Origin: Lama glama
Taxonomy: Eukaryota
NCBI GenBank assembly: GCA_028534125.1
Contig: CM052817.1
Location: 83,950,001 to 84,014,000 of the forward strand
DNA length: 64,000 nucleotides
Direction: 5' to 3'
The position numbers and the translations under genes were made by a program. Positions 23,934 to 36,649 of the stretch are shown in pieces. The notes beneath the pieces were generated by a model. That model was not told where the DNA came from and did no database searches. It saw only the letters and a program-made list of their open reading frames with translations. How positions within the stretch are numbered: position 1 is the stretch's first letter; each line of letters opens with the position of its first letter.

Positions 23934-25614
23934 ACATTCTTACACATTAATACTTTTCATATTAAATAAAAATCTGAAATGTTGGTAACAGAATTTGATG
24001 GACCTGATTTCCATCTACAAGTTTTACTGAATGATAACTGAAGAAATTTTTTGGCTCAAGACCAGTGATTAAATACTCCAAGAGACCTATTTCTCTAAGT
24101 GCCTTTGTATTTAATATAGTGCTTTAAGTGACTTTGAATTAGAATAAGTGTTTAACTTATTCTTCAACTGTATTAAAAGAAGCAAGTGTAGATATTTTAC
24201 TATGAAAGAGTGAACAGTTTCTCAGTAATAAGTGATACTTCTGGGTGCCAGGCTCTAAGTGTTGTATGTGTGTCATACCTTGTTCTCTCAGCAACCTCAT
24301 GAATGGTTGCCATTTTGTCACTATTTTTAGATGAGAAAACTGAAGCACAGGTATTTTGGGTGATGTCAGGAAGGTCTACACTGGCTAATGGTGCTGCTGG
24401 GCTGTGGACCTGGGCAGCATTACTCCGTAGTCTTTATGCTTAGCCACAGAGCCATACTGCCTGTGAAGCAGCAACAATAAAAGCCTAGAAGAATATACTG
24501 CAACCTGGCAGGACAGGTCCCCTCTAGGATTATGAGAAAAGGGCCAGAGAGAACAGTTATCTTATCTGTATTATTTGAACTTCTACTTACGATGATAATG
24601 TATATATCAATGTAATTGAAACTTTTAAGTTAAAATCTCAAAGTTCTAAGTCAGATTATTAATTTCCATAAATTCATTGCTATTTAAAAAAAAGTATCAG
24701 TTAGATCCTAAAACTAGTAAAGAACTTAGGGATTGTGTTAAGGAGACTGTTTAACACAAGCCCCTTGTCTTTCAGATGAGGAAGGTGAAAGCTATGACTT
24801 GCTGAAGCACACAGAACTAGTGACAGAGAAGATCTGCTGATTTTGTGTGCTTTCTTTTGCATTTTTGAGACATATCTTACATGGAGTAATTTACAGATCT
24901 TAAGTGAATAGTTTGAGACTTTCATCAAATGCATGTACACATGTAACCAGTTTCAAAGTCATGTAGATCATTTAGATCCTGTGATATAGATCATTTCCAT
25001 CACCCTAAACATTCCCTTATGCTAGGCAATGCTTTGAAAACTACCTTTGTTCATTAGTGTGTATTCGTAAGAATTCAAGTGCTTACATTTCGTGTGTATT
25101 CACACATTTTACACTTCTCCGCAAAGATATATTTTAATGTGTATGTGTGTGCATACTTCCTTAAAGACAAGAAAGGGTTTTCACAAAGTCCCATGCTCTT
25201 TTTCTTATCCTTTACGAACCAGTCCCTAATGGCTGAAATTGCTAATGGGTGATTCTTGTTTACAATCGTTAGCTCAATTTGTTCTTCAGCCTGAGATAAT
25301 TATCATTCCATACAAAGTTTTTCTTCAGTTGTATCATGCTCAAGCTCCCCAGACATTTATAGTCAAAGTACATGTCTTAATTTTTTTTTTCCTGTTACTC
25401 AACAGTTTCTATCTCAAAATACTGGAAGTTCTATAAGAATAAGACATACTGACTAAACCCAGTGCATCTGAGCATGGGCAAGTTTGGTCTGCTGTGCTTT
25501 GTGTTAGCTAGAAAAGCTTTCCAGATGAGTTGGTAGTGAATCAACCAGTGATAATCTGTTATTTTGGCTCCTTGTGCATCCTTCTCTTTCTCTGCTCTTC
25601 AGTCTTGGTGAATG

Positions 25615-25676
25615 GTGTGTGTGTGTGTGTGTGTGTGTGTGCACGTGCATGCGTGAGAGAGAGAGAGAGAGAGAGA
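25615..25676. repeat. Compound (GT)13 / (GA)11 microsatellite
   Basis: Direct read. The spacer keeps purine-pyrimidine alternation. Confidence 0.95.
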
Positions 25677-26184
25677 CAGCTATTGTCTGGCAGTGGTACC
25701 AATGTGTTGATGAGCAATTTTCAAAACTGATTCCATGTTCAAAAGTATGGGAAATCTCCTCTAGTATCAGTGGATCCCATATAAGTTTGACATCTAAAAT
25801 GGTACAGTCTTCTTTTTAGATCTTGTTCTACAGAATTATTCTAAAATCCACAGGAAATATTCCCAAAGGAAATGAAGTAATTTTTTTATCTATGTTCTTA
25901 GCACTGACACTGTAATTGTGAAAATTGGAAATGACACGAATGTTCAATAGAGGAATGAACTACGTATAGTTCATAAAAATGATTGATATTTGACTAAGTT
26001 GACATATAGCAATGTTTAAATAAGACAATATTAAATGAAAAAGAAGATCCTAAAGTTTCAATTTCTATGTAACTATTAAATTATATCTATGTTAAAAAAT
26101 GAATACCTTAAAAGAAATTGGCTATGAAATTTTACTCATGAAAATAATTTTGATTTTAATGCTTTTTAGGGTCTTTAAAAGAGT

Positions 26185-27025
26185 TTTTATTTTGAAATAA
26201 TTTCAAACTACAGAAAAGTTGCAAGAATGGTGCCAAGCACTCTCCCAACCCTATACCCTTTACTTGTAGTCACTGATTTTTAACATTTTACCATAGTTTT
26301 ATTACTTGCTTTTTCTCTTTCCATGTGAATATACCTATTTTTTCTGAGTCATTTGAGAGTAGATGGCATATGTCATGCCCATTTACACCCTGATTCTTCA
26401 GTGCATTTTTCCTAAAAACATGGATATTCTCTTATGTAACTACAGTAGAGTTATTAAATTCAGGAAATTTAGCATGAATACAAAACTTTAAACAATCTAC
26501 AGTCTCTGTTTCAGTTGTCCATTGTCTGTCCCAACATTGTCCTTTTCTAGCATTTTCTCCCTCCAGTTCAGAATCCAGTCTAAGATCATATATTGTGTTT
26601 AGTCATGTCATCTCTTTAGCTTTCTTTAGTCTGGAAGAAATCCCCACCTTTCTTTCTCTTTTATGATATTGACATATTTGAAGAACATGGGCCAGTTATT
26701 TTATATTAGATTCCTCAGTTTGGTCTTGTGTGATGTTTCTTCATGATTAGGTTCAGATTTCTTCATGAGGAAGTTAGATGTTTGGCTAGAAAACTATAAC
26801 AGAAATGTCATGTCCTTCTTGGCATAGGGCATCTGGAGTCACATGATGTCCTCCTCATTGGTCATGTTAGTATTGATCATTTGATTAAAGTGTTACCTGA
26901 TTTCTTCACAGTACAGTTAGTATTTTCCCCCCTGTGACTGATAAGCAGTCTGAGGGGAGATGTGTTAAGAGCACATGAAAATATCATTCTCCTTATCCCA
27001 GTCTTCCCTCTGGACTTAGCATCTA
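26185..27025 (-). mobile_element. Old L1MC-type 3' fragment
   Basis: TTTTATTTTGAAATAATTTCAAACTACAGAAAAGTTGCAAGAAT start. Confidence 0.75.
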
Positions 27026-28299
27026 TCTTGGTTCCTTTTTAAAATCATATTTTCTAAGACTTACATATACCCTAGGTAAAGAGGAAAACTTGAGTGATTT
27101 TGCTGAGGTTGTACCTTTGCCTGTAATACCCCCATTCAGACCTGTCTAGTTTGCACCACAATTTAGCCTATCTCAAAATACCGTCTACTGCCCTACCTAT
27201 CTGTGACTAGATTTAATGTCTTCCTCTTTGACCTCCAGGAGAACTTTGTACTTTCTTGGGGGAACATACTAATTTTTACTTTGTGCTTGTAACACTGGTG
27301 TACTTCCTTTATCCCAGTTACCAGACAGAAGGTACCTTAAGGGTATGGACTGTGTCCTAATAATTTCTGCAAACTTCTCTGGGCCTAGAAGAGGCAAACA
27401 ACTGGAGACACGTGATCAGTGTTTCTTCATGAAATGCATATTTATTCCTCTTACTCAATGCCTCTGATGTGCTGGATGAATACCCAACTGCATATTTCAA
27501 GATTAATTAATTTCATCTGTTTAACATCTTTACACCTCCTGTTTAACAACATATTGCTATTTTGCTCCTTCGGGGCAATGGAAAGTAAGAATGGAAATTT
27601 CTAGTAAGAATGGAAACCCTTCAGGGTCTGTCATTTCTGTATACTTAGCTCAGGTGTTATGAAAAGTATTGTCAAGTGAATGAGTTGCTTCCTTGCTATG
27701 AGGATTTGTGTTTCATGTTTCCTTCTAAGTCTCGTACTAGGGCACTGGGCCAGCTTCTTATTGCTTTGACAAGAAGGTATGATGAGGTCTGCTCTTCCTC
27801 CAGGGCATCCTTCTAACACTCATTATGGATAACTCATGTGTATTGATAGGAGGGCAGATCCCTACCTAAGGATATCCCTGTGTGTAGGCTTTAGAAACTG
27901 AAAGTATAACCTGCCAAAATCATAGGAGTTAGGAGCCAAGGTTATTAATTTGTTCAGATAGTATTAATTTGTTCTGTCAAGACATGTAAGAACAAGCATT
28001 AATTTAGTTTGTAAGTTTAATGAATGTTTAGAAGAAGCAAAATTCTAAGTAGGCCAATCAAATCTTATGGTACAACTAACTTGCAATTATACTGTAAAAA
28101 GTTGTCCAGACAGATGACACTGGACTGCTCGTTACTTCATACAGAAAATGTATAAAATATATAAAAATCCATGTTTTCTAAAGTGTATTATTTTATGTTA
28201 AGTTTTTGAAATGGATGAAGCCATGTTACTCTTCATAGTGGGGCTTTCCTTTACAATATGAACTGGTCTGTTATTTAAAACTAATGTGAAAATTGTATG

Positions 28300-29330
28300 A
28301 TAGTTTTAGATTTCCAGAAAAGTTGCACAGATAGTACAGAGAACTCTTGTATGTGCCACACCCAGTTTCCCTTTATTGTTAACATCCCATATCACTAGGT
28401 ATATTTCTCAAAAGTTAGAAATAAACATTGGTAAGTATTATTAACTAAGCTAAAGGCTTTATTCAGATTTCACCGGTTTTTTTCCTACTGTCCTTTTCTT
28501 TGTTCTAGGATCCCACCTAGGATATCACATTACATTTAGTTAATGTGTCTCCCTAGCTTCCTCTGATCTGTGACAGTTTCTCAGACTTTCCTTGTCTTTG
28601 ATGATGACCATAGTTTTAGAAGTGCTAGTCAGGTTTTTTGTTTGTTTTTGTTTTTTTAGAATGTCCCTCAATTTGGATTTCTTCAAAGTGTTTTTCATGG
28701 TTAGATAGAGATCAAGGGTTTTGGGGAAGAAGACCACAGAAGTGTAATGCCATTCTCATACATCATATTAAAGTTACATGCCATCAGCGTGACTCTTCAT
28801 GTTGACGTTAACCTTGCCAACCTTGTCAGGTTTCTCTACTGCAAAGTTGCTTTTTTCTCCTTTTCCATTCTCTACTTTTTGGAAGCTGGTCATTGTGGCC
28901 AGCCGACTATAAAGGGGATAATGGGGTGGAAAATTAAAGTTTAACCTCTTGGAGAGGGGAATATCATCATAAATTATTTGGAATGCTTCTATAAGGGAGA
29001 TTTGTCTCTTCTCATTTATTTATTCAGTCATTTATGTACATCAGTATGAATCCATTAATATTTATTTTATACTTTGGGTTATAATGCAATACTTTGGTAT
29101 TTATTTTGTTGCTCAGACTAGTCCAGCTTTGGCTACTGGGAGCTCTTTCAGTTGGTTCCTATGTCTCTTTGATGTCCCCCCATCATTTTTGCTTTTTGAC
29201 CACTCCCTGGCTTTCTAGTACAAGATGCTCCTGGATATCTTGTATATTCTCTGCTCCAGCCCTAGAATGAGCCATTTCTCCAAAATACCATGGTTTATTT
29301 TATAGGAAAATGGTATTAGAAACCAAAATC
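28300..29330 (-). mobile_element. Old L1M 3'UTR fragment
   Basis: TAGTTTTAGATTTCCAGAAAAGTTGCACAGATAGTACAGAGAACTC start, GGAAAATGGTATTAGAAACCAA end. Confidence 0.75.
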
Positions 29331-29452
29331 TCATCCATTTTTGATAATTTAATAATGAATTTTGGAAATGAAAGTGAGAGATGCAAAGAGGTAGAGAGCA
29401 TAAGCTTTGATTACAACTATCTGAATGACTTTTAACATAACTTTGCCATGAA

Positions 29453-29545
29453 TAGGCTGATCAACCATCCCAGTTTGCCTGGGACTGAAAGGTTTCCAGG
29501 GATGTGAGACTTCCAGTGATAAAACAAGGATAAATTGGCACCCTA
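29453..29545. mobile_element. MER94-like hAT remnant
   Basis: AGGCTGATCAACCATCCCAGTTTGCCTGGGACTG...TTGGCACCCT. Confidence 0.6.
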
Positions 29546-29582
29546 GTCATAGAATTGGTTGTCTCTTGGTTGCAGGGGACAA

Positions 29583-30503
29583 AAACCTAAATAAAACTAC
29601 CTCAGTTAAAAAGGGGAATTTAATGACTCATTTAACTGGAAAATCTAAGGATGAATGGGTTTCAGGAGGAGCTAGATCTAGGGACCAAATGATATAATTA
29701 GGGCTCCCTCTGACTCCTATGTTTCAATTCCACTTCTCTCTCTGTGCTGGTTCTTTTGTAGACTCTCTGCATGTGATGGGAAAAGTGTGGGCTATCTAAT
29801 GAAGAAGAACAACTGTCCTCATCTCCTAGGACAGAGATCAAAACTGAAATGCCTAGAGGGATGAGGCATGTAGCATAAATGAGTGGAACAGGCTGGGTGG
29901 AGGACAATAGGGAGCAATGGGAAGTTTAAGGGGAAGCTCTAGTTATTGATGCTGTGCAGGATGCAAGTTCACTATTGCCAGATACTCCCAATGTTTCAAA
30001 AGAAGCCAGAAATGTGAAACCCTGCTTTTTAAATGTTGGTAATTTAATCAATTAAACAAGAACACTATTTATACCAAGAAAATACACACATGGGGCAAAC
30101 ATTTGTGGGCTACCAGTTTATAACCCTTATCTTCAGAAGCTCAGGGCCACCTCCTGGCTGCCTGAGGACATACTTGGGCACCTACCTGTGGAAGGTGATT
30201 CACTTAATATTCTCAGGCTATGTTTACTGTTTTTGAAAATGGATCCCGTTTAACTTTATAATGACCAAATTCATCCAGCACTTGCTATGTGCCAGGCATT
30301 GTACTAAGCAATTCACACATATCTTTTAATCCTTAAAATAACCCTGTGAAGTAGTTACTATTATTATTATCATCATCATGGCCTTCCTACAGATGAAGAA
30401 ACCCAAATAAAGCTATCCCAGTTAAAAGTAATTTAATGACTCATTTAACTGGAAACCCTAAGGATGAATGGGTTTCAGAAGGAGCTGGATCTAGGGACCA
30501 AAT
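29583..30503 (+). repeat. Dispersed ~105-bp direct repeat (29583-29690 and 30399-30503)
   Basis: Shared AATTTAATGACTCATTTAACTGGAAA..CTAAGGATGAATGGGTTTCAG.AGGAGCT.GATCTAGGGACCAAAT. Confidence 0.95.
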
Positions 30504-31249
30504 TGAGCAGAGAGATTATATATTTTCCTAGACAATACACAGCTGGAGGCGCCAAGACAGGTGCCTGCTGGGTCTGACTATAATGCTCAGATTTTTTGCT
30601 CCTTTGCTGTATTGCTTCAAATGGCTGCAGAGCAGAGGCATCTTATATCTCAGAGCAGGTCTGGGGTGGAAAAGAAGCTTAGAGATTGCCTGGTATGTTA
30701 ACCTCCTTATTTTATAGATGTAGAAATGGAGGCCAAAAGCAAGGAGTGACTTTGACAAGGTCTCATAGCCTATCAGTCGCTCAGCTGAGATAACTTTAAA
30801 GCCCTTTTGATGTACCATGTAGCTTCTGGGACTTGCTAACTGCAAGGACTAAGTCCACGTTGGGTTTTACAAAGCATTCTAACGCCTTGACAGGTTACCC
30901 CTGCCATTAATGTTCCTGAATTAACACATTCTCCATCTCTCATACACTAGGCTCTTCAGAGCAGGAAGTATTTCCTTGTCTTTTTAACCAGGAAGATGAT
31001 AACAATTATTTTTCTCTAAGTTTATAATTTCATCTATAAGCTCAGCCATCACTATGATCTGAGTGTGAGGCCAAAGTGCAGGTGGGGAAGACATTTCACA
31101 GCTATTGTAACTGTCTTTTAAGGTTTTTCTGTCAATCTTAAGAGATATGTCGCCAAGAAGCCTTGAAAGCTACATTTTGTCTACATAGAAATGATCATAA
31201 TGTTCAGTTTCAAAAATACTAAATTCCAGTGTGTTATTTGTTAAAGATA

Positions 31250-33530
31250 CATACATGTGAATTTAACAGATACTTAAAGACAGCCTTTCCTAAGCAAAGA
31301 ATTTTGCTAGGTTTTTTGGGGATATAAAAATTAATAAGACATGACTCCTATCTTCAAGGAGCTTATTATGTAGTACAGAAGGCTGATATGTAAGCCCTTA
31401 ATTATAATACAATAAAATAAAAGTCATGAAAATATAACCACTGAGGAAATACTAGAGAAAGAATGATCAAATTCAACCCAGAAGATCAAGGAAGACTTCT
31501 CAAAAGATTAGAACTGAAAAAAAAAAAAATTTGAGCTGGACTTTGAAGCCTGGTCAGAATTCGGCAGCTGTAGTTGGGGATGAAAGTGCTACAGGCAAAA
31601 GGAAGCATATGAATAAAGACAGAAAGGTGAGAAACACAGGGTGCATAAAGAAAACATTAGTAGGAATTTGGTCATAGGTGCAGGGCTCTGATTGCCAGGC
31701 TAAGGAGTCTGCTCCACTCAGTAAGTACCAGGGATCTATTATATACTTTTGAGTAGGGAAATGAGATGATCAGGGATGATTTTAGGAAAGTAGACATCAC
31801 AAGAGTGAAGTGGGAAGAGAGTGAGGTGAATAGAGTACTAAAGAGGCTATTGTGGGGCTCTTAACAAGAGCCAGTGTGGGTCTGGTGAGGGGCTTGGCAG
31901 TGAGAGTAGAAAGGACATTGAAGGACTTTGTGGAAGTAGTCCTTATTCTTGATAGTGGAATATGGGAAGGGTATAAAGAAACAAGAAAGATTTCTATGAT
32001 CTGAAGCCTCAATAACTGGGAGAATGGTAGCATCATTATAGAAATAGGGAAGAGAGGGAGAGGAAGTGGTTTGGGATGGAAGATGGGGTAGTTCCAAATA
32101 TTTGAGACTGAGGGGCCAACTGGCTATCAAGGGAGATATGTATATTTGGGTCTGGGATTCTGCTATGAATATAGTTCACAGATTTAGATTTGAGAGTCAT
32201 TTGCATGGGAAGTAGGGGACAGGTTAACTGTTTATTGTACTATATGCCTGTTATTTTCTAGGTCCCTAGATAAGATTCTTTATATACTGTAGCATTCAGT
32301 TCACATAACAGCAATGAAACTGAGACCCAGAGAGGTTGATTGGTTTGCTTATGTTCACACAGTTCATTTATCTCATCACTGTTGAAGACCTACTATTTGT
32401 CAGATCCTGTTCGATTAAGAGGCAAAACCTAGGTCAGTTCTGTTTCTAAACTTGTTCTTACTCCATGAGGAAATAAAGGATAGGTTAGGTCCATATGTGA
32501 ATAAAAGTAGGGTGAAAATAACATGAAGATACAATCTAGGGAAACACCAAGCTTTGGAGAGTTAGGGGAGGAGGAGAAAGGCCCAGAGGAAGACAGATAG
32601 GGCGCAGGTAAAGGGAGGAAGGAAAGCAGGATAGCATGATGTCTCAGAAGAGGAGAGAGCTAGAACTGGAAGGAAGAAATATTTGTCCAGCAAACAGTGT
32701 CAAATGCTGCAGAATGAGCAAGGATACAAAAAATGAGCAGAAGTCTCTCAATTTGGTAGTGAATTGAGATGAATTCCAGAAAAATGAGAAGACACTAGCA
32801 TCAGCATAGCAATGTGTATAGAAGCCAGATTTCATAGAATTAAGGAATAAGTGGGTGAAGAAATGGAGACAATGGGTAGAGATAGTTTGGTAAACAAGGG
32901 GAAAGACAGTGATTGACAAAGTGGGAAGGGTAGGAGACCAAGGGGCAGGGGATTCTAGGGAGGTAATGAATTATCTGACCATTGGAAAGGCAAATCAAGA
33001 TAAACTAAGATTATGGGATTTGGGGCTGTTATGAATATCAGGGGTCAGTGGGATGGAGAGATAAGAAATTTGGGGAGATGGCAGGTTATGGTCTTAAAGG
33101 GTAAATTGAATTTCACTTTAAGAACATAGAAACAGGTATGGATGATAAAACTAAGGTTTGACTATGTTGAAAGGAGGCTAAGATGAAATGAAGATAGAAT
33201 TTGTGGGAATTAAAGAGGAGGGAGGCCAGGAACTTGACATGGTCATCAATGGGCATGGATCTTCCCAAGTACAGAGGAAGATCCTGGGATGTTGGTGGAG
33301 GACTGGGTATGGACAAAGACATATATTCTGGTCTGAAGCAATTGGCGAGGATCCTTTAGGTCTACAGACAACCATGAAGAGGGGTGGCACATAGTGGGGA
33401 AATCAAGTAGCCTTCACCTGAGATTAGGAGAGGTGATTAAATAAAGGTCTTAAAAAACAGGATAGTCAGTGAGAGAGGGGCATAAAGAATGCTTATTCAC
33501 ATTGGAAGGAGCTCTAGAAGATAAACTGAA
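31250..33530 (-). mobile_element. Long decayed L2 region with interspersed MIR
   Basis: Purine-rich L2-like reverse sequence (CTCAAGGAGCTTA-like, AGTGTCAAATGCTGCAGA, AGAAGCCAGATT). Confidence 0.6.
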
Positions 33531-34820
33531 GAAGTAGATTAAGTGAAATAAGATGGTTGATAGCAGGAGTACATATGGATGGGGGTGAAAATGCTGGGGG
33601 CTGGTAGAAAGGAGAGGAAGAGGGGTGACAGAAACACTTGAGAGGAGGCTGAAGGGAGTGAGGAGTTCTGAAAAAGCCTAATGGATTGCTGGTGAGGTCA
33701 CAGTTTTGTGTGTGCCCGAAAGTGGTTTTAAACCTAACTACCATAAGTAAATATAGCTCAAATGTGCCATACCATATAAATAATCGGGCATACAGAATGG
33801 AGAGGTTGTACAACAATGCTTGGGATGCTTACTTTGGATTGATTAATCAAGGAACAGTCGTCAACCTGAAAAGGTCAGGAGAGTTCTCTCTCTCTTTTTA
33901 ATGGAACAAATGTCACCACACATCAACATTGTTTTAAAAGTTGTGGTAGCTATGTAAATAACTCTGTGCCCTGGAGGAATAATTCTCACAGTATTTTGGG
34001 ATAATTTTACTTTCTTTGAAATACTTTAGAATTATTTAACAAGTTCCCATTTTCCTGGATAACTGCCTTGCCAGTTTTAAGAAGTGCAAAGTAGTTTTGT
34101 ATGCATGTGTGTTTGGATGTGGGTGTGGGTGTGAGTGTGGGTGTGGTGTTTAATAAGAAAGCAATGTAGGTTTGTGGAAAGAAGTTCACCCAAATAAGCC
34201 AACTTTTAAAATAACCCCCTTTCTTCTGAATTTCAGGAACCACCCCCCATGGTTATATGTGGACAGAGTGGTGTTCACAGAGTTGATACAATACAGGATC
34301 TGGCATTGGATGTCCTGCACATAAGACCAGCTGTATCATATATTATTGGAGTGACTTGGTGAAGCTACTTAACCTTCTTCAGCTTGAGTTTCTTCATTTG
34401 TAAAATGGGAATGGAAACAACATCTTCCTTAGAGATTGATTGCACAGGAGGATAAAGTGAGGTAAGGTATTTGAAACTATCACCTTTGAGTGTTGGATAC
34501 TAGGAGCTTACTGTTACGATGATTCTCCTCATTGGGGAATTCAGTTGTACATCAAAGTGTGAGAACTTATGCTCCAGGATATGTCTGCTTTCTCATCTGA
34601 GTCTCTGGAATGTCATATAGGTTCTATAACCAGTATTTAAAGGGGGAGTAGGGGAAGTCTTATGGTGCACTGAGGGAATCAGTTCACTACAGGATTTTAA
34701 GTTGCCTTAGGCAAGGACCCTTGAAACTCTGCTCCTAATTCCCTTCTTGAGCTGCCAGAATCCACTGGCTGATCCTTCTTGAGAGACAATATCAGTTCCT
34801 CATCATAATAGTGAGATTAA

Positions 34821-35191
34821 GAGGGTGGGAAGGGATAAATTTGGAGTTCAAGATTTGTGGATACTAACTAATATATATAAAACAGATAAACAAGTTCATA
34901 CTGTATAGCACAGGAAATTATATTCAATATCTTATAGTAACTTATGGTGAAAAAGAATATGAAAATGAACATATGTATGTTCATGTATGATTGAAGCATT
35001 ATGCTCTACACCAGAAATTGATACAGTGTTGTAAACTGACTATACTTCAATAATAAAATATATATATATTTTATATAATACATAATATATAAAATTATAT
35101 AATATATATTTTATATAATATAACATATTTTATATAATATATAATATATAAAAATTATATAATATATGTATTTTATATATATATATAAATA
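34821..35191 (+). mobile_element. 5'-truncated L1 3'UTR insertion with tail expanded into AT-rich repeat
   Basis: Same 3'UTR family as 20169-20735. Perfect 14-bp TSD AATAGTGAGATTAA (34807-34820, 35192-35205). Confidence 0.93.
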
Positions 35192-35758
35192 AATAGTGAG
35201 ATTAACCCTGATTTAAGAATCTTGTCTTCCTGGCAAGAGCAAGGTTCATGTTCTATTTATAGCAGATCTTGGGACTACAGCTCTCTGGCTTTGCCTTTGA
35301 ACTGATTCTTTTAGTCCAGGGATTTTAAGATCAGTTCTGATTCAGAGGTTAAGATGGCAATTCCAGAGTGGCCTTCTAACTCTTCCTTTAGGCCTTTCCT
35401 ACTTCAAAGCTACATGAGTCTGGAATCTGTAATGATTTTTTGGATGTAGAAGTTGAGGAATTAGGAAATTAGCTTTTATTTAGCTAATTAGATTTCTAAA
35501 TAAGATTATCCTTTTCATAAGATTATAGCATTGAATTAGTCCAAAAAGTCTAGACATTTTTTTAACCCCCTCAAAGGGTTACCCAAATCTTACTTATCTC
35601 TTCTCCCCACCTTTCTTCTCCCCTCCTTTTCTTTTCTCTCCTCTTTTCTGTTCTCTTCCTTTCCTTTCTCCTTCCATCCCTTTTCTCATTCATCTATTAT
35701 CTATCATCCATCTATCTATTCATCTTTAAGTCTCCCTATCCTTTCTATCTAATCTACA

Positions 35759-35809
<51 letters not shown>
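35759..35809. repeat. (TATC)12 microsatellite
   Basis: Direct read, preceded by degenerate TATC and CT-rich sequence from ~35600. Confidence 0.95.
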
Positions 35810-36649
35810 TTATCATGTGTCTTTGTCTACCTATATTTTGTTTTGTTTTGATGGGGATAGGAACAAAAGTGATAAGAGAGCAGTAGTTATCTGAAGTTTC
35901 AAATATCATTGGAGTTTGTTTGAAATGTTGGATGAAGGCAGTTCAGTTATACCTATTTTGTATCATTTGTTGAAATAATGGTCAAGGAAGAACAGAACTT
36001 TTCTGATATCCAAAAAGCATAATTCAAAGTAATGGGACAAAATGGAGCAAGGGAAACTTGTTGGTTAAAGGTTAGAATTCCTGGTGACAAAAAAACCATT
36101 ATAATCTCCTTTACCTGTCCAGGAGAAGAGAAACTAGTGGCTCCAACTCCTCACCTGGCCTCATTTTCCAGTTGCCATAAAACTTTCTGCCCTGAGATAG
36201 ACTGTGGCCCTTCCATCTGCACCTCCCATCTGGGGGAGCAACCAGCAGCCCACTGGTGCTCAGGTTGTGACAACAACGCAATGAAGGGAGAGACCAGGGT
36301 TTGGAGGTCTCAACAGCAATTAGTACTTCCAGTGAAACAGCTCTTCCCCTAGCCTGCGCTGCTAATTGAACAGCCTCTTGCCCAAAGTGACCTGTTCCCC
36401 AAGGGACCATCTTCTATTCCGTAGGCCCAAATACCCCTGATGAGACACAGGAATAAACAATGACCCTATATCTCCCAGTTGAATACTCTGGATGACACTG
36501 GTTACTCACCTTCCTCCAGATTGTCAGGAGTACTCCCAACACACCCCATATCCCAGTTACCTCAGGCAACAACCTCCCAGATCATCATCACATGTTGCTT
36601 ATCTTGACACTGGTTTCTACCTCCCTAGTCTGACTCCATCACCTGTGCT

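Noticed and set aside
27577..27617. Short AGTAAGAATGGAAA direct repeat
   Set aside because: Minor slippage-type duplication with no sign of function.
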